A program made the position numbers and the translations under genes. Below, one piece after another: positions 1 to 6,895 of a stretch of 49,752 bases of DNA. Origin of the DNA: a virus (lineage: Duplodnaviria; Caudoviricetes). The stretch is taken from IMG/VR virus record IMGVR_UViG_3300025530_000155, positions 1-49,752 of that record; one strand, 5' to 3'. The first letter of the stretch is position 1. The number at the start of each line of letters is the position of its first letter. The notes beneath the pieces were generated by a model. The model did no database searches and was not told the origin of the DNA. It saw only the letters and a program-made list of their open reading frames with translations.

Positions 1-2
1 TG

Positions 3-623
3 ACCATCTCGGGGAAAGCTCAACTCTACATCACGAAAGACAATGGAGAGCAAATCCCCATCGGAGAGACGCAGGACATGACAATTGAGTTCACGACCGA
101 GGAAGAAGCGCCTCGCCGAATCGAAACCCTTGAGGACGCCGCCCGGTACGCTTACGGGCTGGCCGAAACACGCAAGGAGATCGAGAAAATTCAGGATGTT
201 GCGGCCAAAGAGATCGCCAAGTGGCAGGAAAAGATTCAACAAGTTGAGGAATGGCAAGCCGAAGTCCTAAAGCCCCTGCTTGAAAAGGTTGAATACTTCT
301 CGAACCTGCTGATGGACTACCACATGCGGGAGTATTACAACGCTCCAAACGACAAGGCCCGCGCCAAACTCAAGTCCATCAAACTACCCTATGGCGTCAC
401 GTTGGCGTCGCGTGAAATGCAACCGAAGCTTGAAATCTCCGACGAGGCCGCCCTGCTCAACTACGCAAGGGAAAACGGCTTCGTGGAAGTGGTGGAGAAG
501 GCTAAGTGGGCTGAAATCAAGAAGCAACTTACGACCAATGGAGACAAGGTTGTTGACAGCAACGGCGAGCAACTGGAGTTCATCAAGGTTGTGCCGCAGG
601 AGAGAAAGTTCGAGGTGAAGTGA
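3..623 (+). CDS. Gam-like (Mu Gam family) host-nuclease inhibitor; probably 5'-truncated by the window edge
   Basis: Coiled-coil N-half followed by KSIKLPYGVTLASRE..PKLEISDEAALL, typical of the Gam family. The frame is open from base 3 to the track's ATG at 78, so the true start may lie at or before the window edge. Confidence 0.75.
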   Translation, partial: TISGKAQLYITKDNGEQIPIGETQDMTIEFTTEEEAPRRIETLEDAARYAYGLAETRKEIEKIQDVAAKEIAKWQEKIQQVEEWQAEVLKPLLEKVEYFSNLLMDYHMREYYNAPNDKARAKLKSIKLPYGVTLASREMQPKLEISDEAALLNYARENGFVEVVEKAKWAEIKKQLTTNGDKVVDSNGEQLEFIKVVPQERKFEVK

Positions 624-1612
624 TGACCGCTGAGGAACGCTACCTTAAACTAAGGAAACCCGGCGTAAGGGACATGCACAACACCGAACTGCTCAAGGCT
701 TGCCGGGAGGATAAACTTCTTCTCGAAGAATTTCTCAAGGCCAATAAGGACTTTATCTTCTCCATCATCATCAAGTACAAAGGAAATATCGAAGACCTGA
801 AAGCCAAATTCAAAGTCGAGGAAGAAGAAATCCTACAACATGCGTTCATCGGAGTCATCACAGCGCTCAGGGATTTCGATTTCAGCCGCGGGACGAAGTT
901 CACCACCTACGTTGTCCGCCCCATACTTTGGGAAATCAACCAACTTCTGTACAATGATTCCCGGCTCGTTCGTCTGAGCCGTGGAGCTATTGACCTTATT
1001 AAAAGGATGAAGGAAGTCGAGGACACTTTAGGCTACGCCCCGTCCGAGGACGAGTTGGCACAGATTCTAAGGGTTCCGGTTGAACGAATCAACGAGATTG
1101 TGCGGTTCACGAAGGAGCTTGAACACATAGACGGCATGGAAAACTTTGAGCTACGTGACGGCTCTCGGGACTCAGAAGACGCTGTTGTAAACCGGATTTA
1201 CGTAGAGCAACTCCTTGAGCAATCGAACCTCAACGACTTCGACCGGAAAATCGTGGAGTACATTATGGAAGGCTTAAACAACTCCCAAATTGCCGATAGG
1301 TTGGGCGTCTACCCCATGACGATCAACCGGGCCATCAAGCGCATTAAGGACAAACTGAAGAACTGCGACCTTGATGAACGTAGAACCTCCAAGTACGAGA
1401 AGGAGATTGAGATTGTCGCAGAGGAAATGAAGGAACTAGGTACAATCATTCAGATCGACGATATGCAAGACCTGCTGGATGTCTGCGGGTTCGATGTTTC
1501 CGACTACACCCCGCGCATCCTCTACTACATCCGGCAAAAGGCCCTTCAACGGGTCGGACCCTACCTAGAAAACCTAGAAAACCAACAGGAACAGGAGGAT
1601 ACCAATGGCTAA
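623..1612 (+). CDS. RNA polymerase sigma-70 family factor (SigF/SigG-like) with C-terminal extension
   Basis: Region 2 (FDFSRGTKFTTYVVRPILWEI), region 3 (PSEDELAQILRVP) and region 4 HTH (NNSQIADRLGVYPMTINR). ATG at 623 overlaps the upstream TGA; RBS GAGGTG at 612-617. Confidence 0.9.
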   Translation: MTAEERYLKLRKPGVRDMHNTELLKACREDKLLLEEFLKANKDFIFSIIIKYKGNIEDLKAKFKVEEEEILQHAFIGVITALRDFDFSRGTKFTTYVVRPILWEINQLLYNDSRLVRLSRGAIDLIKRMKEVEDTLGYAPSEDELAQILRVPVERINEIVRFTKELEHIDGMENFELRDGSRDSEDAVVNRIYVEQLLEQSNLNDFDRKIVEYIMEGLNNSQIADRLGVYPMTINRAIKRIKDKLKNCDLDERRTSKYEKEIEIVAEEMKELGTIIQIDDMQDLLDVCGFDVSDYTPRILYYIRQKALQRVGPYLENLENQQEQEDTNG

Positions 1613-2321
1613 AACCGTCGTGGTCGGAGGAAGATACTTCGATAAGGAAACCGGGGAGTATATTCTGATCGAACAATTCACCGATGATGTCATTGTCTAT
1701 GTCTTCGAGTCGGATGGCGAGTCCGATACGTGGGATGCTAGGGACTGGAAGAACTTTGCTTCCGATCTCGTTCCCGCCAATGACATTGCTGTCGCGGCTG
1801 AACGTGGAATGGAGATCAAGATCAAGAAGCTCCATGAGGACGCCATCATCCCGGAATACAAGACCATCGGGGCCGCTGGCTTCGACCTTCATATCACGGA
1901 GGATGTTACCATTCCGGCCAACCGCGTACTTGTGCAGTACGTAGGGGAGGGGAATGGCGAAGATTCCCAATTTGACATGAGTAACTTCGAGTTTGTACTG
2001 GCTAACGACAACCATGCTGTAGTAGGCACTGGATTAGCATTCGAGATTCCGGCGGGCCATGAATTGGAAATCCGTAGTCGTTCTGGTCTTGGCTTCAACC
2101 ATAAAGTAATGGCGTTTAATGGCACTATTGACAGTGATTACCGTTCGGAAGTGAAACTTCTCATTACCAACCTAGGTAAAGAACCTATTACATTCAAAAA
2201 AGGAGATCGTGTAGCACAGGGAATTATCAAACGGGTTGAGCAGGTAAACTTCATTGAAGCTGATGAGCTATCTAAAACAGAGCGTGGAGAAGGTGGCTTC
2301 GGAAGTACGGGCTTATCGTAA
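1605..2321 (+). CDS. dut: Trimeric dUTPase with N-terminal extension
   Basis: Motifs AGFDL, RSG, GTIDSDYR, RVAQ and RGEGGFGSTG are all present; RBS AGGAGG upstream. Confidence 0.95.
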   Translation: MAKTVVVGGRYFDKETGEYILIEQFTDDVIVYVFESDGESDTWDARDWKNFASDLVPANDIAVAAERGMEIKIKKLHEDAIIPEYKTIGAAGFDLHITEDVTIPANRVLVQYVGEGNGEDSQFDMSNFEFVLANDNHAVVGTGLAFEIPAGHELEIRSRSGLGFNHKVMAFNGTIDSDYRSEVKLLITNLGKEPITFKKGDRVAQGIIKRVEQVNFIEADELSKTERGEGGFGSTGLS

Positions 2322-2381
2322 GAAGAGACTATTTAAGACTAGTCATGTTGAACGAACTCCTGAAACTGGAAGTAAAGACAT

Positions 2382-2415
2382 AAAAACAAAGGCTACCCGA
2401 AAGGGTAGCCGTTTT
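2382..2415. terminator. Bidirectional intrinsic terminator between convergent dut and lysis genes
   Basis: GGCTACCC-GAAA-GGGTAGCC (2391-2410), with an A-tract on the left and a T-tract on the right. Confidence 0.85.
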
Positions 2416-2417
2416 CG

Positions 2418-2702
2418 TTAATCTAGGGGTTTCAGTACACCCACACGCTTGAGGAAATCGTGCAGGTAGTTGGCTCCACGGGATGCCAGCAGACCTGCGG
2501 CAACCGTCGATACATACGCCGCCGCCCCTGTCAGACCAAACGGATTCAGGCCGAACGCAAACGCAAGCACGACACCGACCACAATCGACGTTGCGAACGT
2601 TGCCTTGTCCTTGATCTTTTCCGAGAACAGGGCTTTGATGATTTCCGTAATACCCTCCGTCAGAAGGGCAACCAGTAGCCAAGCAGTAATGAACTCCGCC
2701 AT
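2418..2702 (-). CDS. Holin-like membrane protein (about 3 TM segments)
   Basis: 94 aa, hydrophobic, with a holin-like tail (GLLASRGANYLHDFLK); directly after the endolysin. Confidence 0.75.
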   Translation of the reverse strand: MAEFITAWLLVALLTEGITEIIKALFSEKIKDKATFATSIVVGVVLAFAFGLNPFGLTGAAAYVSTVAAGLLASRGANYLHDFLKRVGVLKPLD

Positions 2703-2703
2703 G

Positions 2704-3378
2704 TTACTTCACCGTCCTTGACAGGATTGCCATGTTCAGGATTGCGACTTCTCCTGCCGTAATTGTTCCGTCATTGATCTTCTTAATCCAAGTGTCAGGG
2801 CTGTTGATGACAGGCTTGCCGTCAACCCCGTTGGTCTTGCTGAACTTCCTCACGGCGTCGATCAGCAGACTCTTTTCCCAGTCAGCAAGTTTCATAGGAG
2901 CATCGTCCTCGCTTTCCGTCTTTTCCTTTTCTTCCTTCGAGTAGAAGTCGATAAGGTATTGGGTCGGCTCGAAGCATTGTGCTTCGCGGTTGGAGTTGTA
3001 GCCGTAAGACGGGGACGACTTCTTGCGTACCTCGTAGTGGAGATGGGAACCGGTGCTTACGCCGGTGTTACCCTGCTTCCCTACTTCCTGACCCTTCTTG
3101 ACCTTATCCCCAACCTTGACCGACACGCTGTCCAAGTGAGCATAGACATGGTTGTGGCCGTACTTATCAACCACGCACACAACGTTACCCATTCCACCTA
3201 GCCCCGTGCCATCTTTTGCAAACCCTGCAAAAATGACCGAGCCATCCGTGAAGGCTAGGATAGGAGCCTTGTGTGACTTAACCAAGTCAATACCCGTATG
3301 GAACCGTCTTTCCTTGTAGACCGGGTGAATCCTCCAACCGTAAGGAGAGGTCACCCTGTATCCTTCAAACGGGTTCAC
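2704..3378 (-). CDS. Endolysin, M23 metallopeptidase
   Basis: HTGID, YAHL and HLHYE zinc motifs. Start reassigned to GTG at 3378, behind AAGGAGG. Flanked by membrane-protein genes. Confidence 0.88.
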   Translation of the reverse strand: MNPFEGYRVTSPYGWRIHPVYKERRFHTGIDLVKSHKAPILAFTDGSVIFAGFAKDGTGLGGMGNVVCVVDKYGHNHVYAHLDSVSVKVGDKVKKGQEVGKQGNTGVSTGSHLHYEVRKKSSPSYGYNSNREAQCFEPTQYLIDFYSKEEKEKTESEDDAPMKLADWEKSLLIDAVRKFSKTNGVDGKPVINSPDTWIKKINDGTITAGEVAILNMAILSRTVK

Positions 3379-3392
3379 TTGATGTCCTCCTT

Positions 3393-3692
3393 TCAAGGTA
3401 GCCTCGTCTCGTCCTCATTATAGGAAGAATCATCAGATTGTAACTTGGACTGCGAATTGGAACGGAACTCCTTGATGCCTTGCAGACCGAACACCCCGCC
3501 GACGATAGTGATAATCACGCCATCTAGAGAACCAATGACAGATAGCGTAGTGGACGGTAGGACATCCACAAGGGAAACGACGAAGGCAGTTACGACCATA
3601 AGAAGAAAGACGGTGCCGAATGACACCATCAGGAAGTCCTTCGCCGAGAATCCATCCTCGTCATTAAGGAAGCTCTTGAATTTCTTCTTCAT
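3393..3692 (-). CDS. Holin-like membrane protein (2 TM segments)
   Basis: 99 aa with two hydrophobic segments and charged termini; RBS AAGGAGG; lysis context. Confidence 0.65.
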   Translation of the reverse strand: MKKKFKSFLNDEDGFSAKDFLMVSFGTVFLLMVVTAFVVSLVDVLPSTTLSVIGSLDGVIITIVGGVFGLQGIKEFRSNSQSKLQSDDSSYNEDETRLP

Positions 3693-3708
3693 TCGGCACC
3701 CCTCCTTT

Positions 3709-4074
3709 TTATCTCTCGGCTTTGCGCCTCCTTCTCAACTCGCCTTCCAACTCATTGACGCGCTGTACGAGCTTTTCGTTCTCCTTAGCGAGAACTTCGT
3801 ACTTCTCTTTCCACAACTCAACCTCTGCTTGTAATCGGACGTTGGTCGTGGCGAGACTGTTCATTTGTTCTTCCAGCTTGTCGTATTTGGCCCGCCAGTA
3901 GTTCAGTTCCTCCCGCATTTCCTTACGGAAATCTTGTTGCTCCTTCGAGAGTTGTTGGCGATCAGTAATGAAGATGTCCTTCCGAGCGTTGTGGCGAGCA
4001 GTCATGTACGTGATGAACGCTGTTACAACGGCTACGCCTGCGCTGATTAGTGCTGTCATGATGGTCGGTTCCAC
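3709..4074 (-). CDS. Lysis-associated protein with N-terminal TM helix and coiled coil
   Basis: Hydrophobic residues ~5-24 followed by heptad-rich charged sequence; first gene of the lysis cassette. Confidence 0.6.
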   Translation of the reverse strand: MEPTIMTALISAGVAVVTAFITYMTARHNARKDIFITDRQQLSKEQQDFRKEMREELNYWRAKYDKLEEQMNSLATTNVRLQAEVELWKEKYEVLAKENEKLVQRVNELEGELRRRRKAER

Positions 4075-4113
4075 GCCTACTCACCTACCTGCTTAATCCT
4101 TTATAAATCCCTC

Positions 4114-4142
4114 TTGACTGTTCTCATAATACATGATATAAT
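4114..4142 (+). promoter_or_regulatory. SigA-type promoter of the recombinase gene
   Basis: TTGACT (4114-4119), 17-bp spacer, TATAAT (4137-4142) with extended -10 TG. Confidence 0.85.
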
Positions 4143-4174
4143 TGGGTTACGAGAACAAGACAGGAGGAATAAAA

Positions 4175-5044
4175 ATGGATTACATAAAGAGGTTTGAAAC
4201 GTATCTACTCACTGATAAGAATGCTTCTCCCGCTACGATCAGAGGTTATGTATCCGACCTCAAGAACTTCGTGAACTTCAAGGGAGAAGACTTGACCGAC
4301 ATCACACCTTCCGATATTCGTGATTTCGTCGCCCACCTGACCAAAACGGGGCGCAAGCGTAGCTCCATCAATCGCGCCGTATGCGCTCTCAAGGCTTTCT
4401 TCAAATACATGAAAGAAGTGGAGAAAGTCTTTCAGGAATCGCCTGCCGAGGAAATCAGAACAACAAAGAAAGAAAAATCCCTTCCCAAGTACATCCACGA
4501 GCAGGAGATTCAGGATATATTGGTCGCCGCCTCAGAGTCGTCAACTCGTGACCGGCTCATCATCGAACTCCTGTACGGCTCGGGCGGACGTGTTAGCGAA
4601 ATCGCACAACTGAGAGTGGAGGACATCGACTTCGACGAAGCCTTCGTCTCCTTGTTCGGTAAGGGTTCCAAAGAACGGAGCAACCCGATTCACGAGGGAT
4701 GTGTAGAACTCATTAGGCGGTACATGGAAGAATACGGGATTACGTCGGGTTACCTGTTCCCACATCGGGGCGACCCCGCCCGCCACATCACGAGAGAAGC
4801 CATTGGCAAGATCGTCAAGCGCGTTGCATCCAAGGCCGGAATTGACCCGAACAAAGTAAGTCCTCACGTCTTCCGTCACAGCTTTGCTACTCACCTGATC
4901 GACAATGGTTGCGACATGGCTCAGGTACAAGAACTTCTCGGGCATGAGGATATTGCAACCACGAAGATATATGCACGTATTACAAAGAAAAGCAAACAAG
5001 CGACCTACGTCAAATTCCATCCTCTCGCTACTAAATCAGTATAA
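4175..5044 (+). CDS. XerC/XerD-like tyrosine recombinase
   Basis: N-terminal SAM-like domain (SPATIRGYVSDL). Catalytic residues R (GRVSE), K (GKGSKER), HxxR (HVFRH), H (LGH) and Y (TKIY). ATG at 4175 behind AGGAGG. Confidence 0.95.
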   Translation: MDYIKRFETYLLTDKNASPATIRGYVSDLKNFVNFKGEDLTDITPSDIRDFVAHLTKTGRKRSSINRAVCALKAFFKYMKEVEKVFQESPAEEIRTTKKEKSLPKYIHEQEIQDILVAASESSTRDRLIIELLYGSGGRVSEIAQLRVEDIDFDEAFVSLFGKGSKERSNPIHEGCVELIRRYMEEYGITSGYLFPHRGDPARHITREAIGKIVKRVASKAGIDPNKVSPHVFRHSFATHLIDNGCDMAQVQELLGHEDIATTKIYARITKKSKQATYVKFHPLATKSV

Positions 5045-5061
5045 GTCTGTAAGAAACAAGG

Positions 5062-5096
5062 ATAGCCTACCCTGTGAATGGGTAGGCTGTTTCTTT
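5062..5096. terminator. Terminator between the convergent recombinase gene and appendage operon B
   Basis: AGCCTACCC (5064-5072) / GGGTAGGCT (5080-5088), followed by GTTTCTTT. Confidence 0.8.
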
Positions 5097-6855
5097 ACAT
5101 TATGAAGACGAAGATTTCATCGTCATAGTCATCTTCCGGGATTCGGACGTAAACCGATGACGGCAGGACGCATGATATTTCGATTTCCAACTCCGTTAGA
5201 ATGTCATACGCTCCGACCACCCTAGGTATAACCGTGCCCGGAGTGTCGTACTCCCCGCCGACCCTTATCTTGATGGTGGATGGCAGGTCGTCGTCTTCCG
5301 GTATCCGAGGAATAACCGTACCGTCAAGCTCATGGAAATCGTGTGCCCGGATAATGAAGCTGGAGTCAATGTCCTCATCGTTCGTCCTTCTAATGTGAAC
5401 CACAGACTTGATGAACTCCGACCTGATGAATATGGTGGACGGAATTTCATCGTACTCCAAGGCCCGCGCCACAACACTACCATCAATGTCGCCGTAGAAC
5501 CTGACGTAAATGGTTCCTTCACGTTCGGTAGCATTGATTACTACGCTAGAAGGCAGTTCTTCATTGACTTCCAGTCTCGGAACCACAGAACCCGGCAGGT
5601 CGCCATAATAACGAACCTCAACCGAACCTTCAATCTCAGGTCTGTTGACGACAACATGACCGTAGATTTCGCTGTCCACGTCCCCGCGGACAACCATTGT
5701 TCCATCAAGGTCGCTGTAATACCGGACGAAGATGCAACCTTCAATCTCCGGCCTGTTGACCCGCACGTTGGAATCAATGTCATTACTGTCGGTATGACGG
5801 ACTTTCACAAGGCCATCAATGTCGCCCTCTCCTACGCTAACGACAAACACCGTAGAAGGCAACTCGCTCTTGATAATGACAACTGATGCCGGAAGATCAT
5901 CGTCAACAGGGGCCATAGGGTCTCTTACGGTAACGTGTCCTTCAAGGTCGTCGTCATCCACATAGCTGTTGACGACTACGGAACCCGGAAGATCGTCCTC
6001 CCCTACAGCGTAGATAAACACGCTACTCGGAAGATCGTTCTTCTTGTGACTGTAGATAGTCGGGTCGTAATACTCTATCTCAAGGTAAGGAGGGTGGTCA
6101 CCCTCTCTTGTACCGTACTGCTTGTATTTCCCTAGACTTTCTAGTTCATCGAGCGCCCGGAGCATGAATCCATTGTGCGACCGCCCGCCCTCGTACCACT
6201 CTGACACGTAAGAGGTGAGGTCTATCTCGCTCGTTCCGGGACGCACTCCGCTGTCATACGTCTTTATCAGGGTGCCTTGAGTCGGTTGGTTATCCCACGT
6301 AAGACCGTACTCCGTCCACTCCTGTCCATGTTGGATGTCGTAGACGCCGACGATGTTGGACTGCCTTGTGTTAAGCCTACTGAGGACGAGCGTGGCCCTT
6401 TTGATTTTCTTCCCTTCCGGGATACTGTCTATGACAAACCGAAGGAACGAGCGGTACTTGATTCCGTTAGAGTTCACACCTACGAACATATCGTGGTCGT
6501 GCCCGTAGTTCAGTTTCGGCATGTCATCGCGGGCGTAAGTGTCCTCAACAGGATTCAGACGAACGGTGATCGTAGGGGGCTCTACAACCTCTACGAACCC
6601 GGACATCTTATTGTGCGGACGTACAAACACGCTCGATGGAATGTCGTAGGAGATTGCAGGTTGCACGAACGACGGGAGATCACTGTAATCAGAATATGCA
6701 ATAAATACAGAAGAAAGAAGGTCGGTGTCCTCCGCCGCCCGAACAACCACAGAAGAATCTATATCAAACGGGAAGTTGATTATCAGAATTCCCGGTAGAT
6801 CATGCTCGTTGGCTCCAACAACGAAGACTTTTCCTGTGAACTTGTTTGTTAGCAT
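5095..6855 (-). CDS. Virion appendage protein, operon B: DNRLRE/CBM96-like domain plus beta-strand repeats
   Basis: DTY..NYG..RSFLRF..WTEYGLTWDNQP..PYLEIEY signature, followed by many (D/E)LP(S/G)SVxV-type repeats. Paralogue of the C-terminal part of 12285-15788. Confidence 0.75.
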   Translation of the reverse strand: MLTNKFTGKVFVVGANEHDLPGILIINFPFDIDSSVVVRAAEDTDLLSSVFIAYSDYSDLPSFVQPAISYDIPSSVFVRPHNKMSGFVEVVEPPTITVRLNPVEDTYARDDMPKLNYGHDHDMFVGVNSNGIKYRSFLRFVIDSIPEGKKIKRATLVLSRLNTRQSNIVGVYDIQHGQEWTEYGLTWDNQPTQGTLIKTYDSGVRPGTSEIDLTSYVSEWYEGGRSHNGFMLRALDELESLGKYKQYGTREGDHPPYLEIEYYDPTIYSHKKNDLPSSVFIYAVGEDDLPGSVVVNSYVDDDDLEGHVTVRDPMAPVDDDLPASVVIIKSELPSTVFVVSVGEGDIDGLVKVRHTDSNDIDSNVRVNRPEIEGCIFVRYYSDLDGTMVVRGDVDSEIYGHVVVNRPEIEGSVEVRYYGDLPGSVVPRLEVNEELPSSVVINATEREGTIYVRFYGDIDGSVVARALEYDEIPSTIFIRSEFIKSVVHIRRTNDEDIDSSFIIRAHDFHELDGTVIPRIPEDDDLPSTIKIRVGGEYDTPGTVIPRVVGAYDILTELEIEISCVLPSSVYVRIPEDDYDDEIFVFIM

Positions 6856-6873
6856 TCATGTCCACCGTCCGTT

Positions 6874-6886
6874 CCATTGTATTGGA
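6874..6886 (-). repeat. 13-bp motif TCCAATACAATGG, copy 1
   Basis: Exact match to copies at 11203, 15802 and 18077; here extended to GTTCCA-TTGTAT-TGGAAC on the + strand. Confidence 0.95.
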
Positions 6887-6895
6887 ACCAACCCG

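Noticed and set aside
4142-4174. Track start (TTG at 4142) for the recombinase
   Set aside because: It overlaps the -10 box, whereas the ATG at 4175 has a proper AGGAGG.
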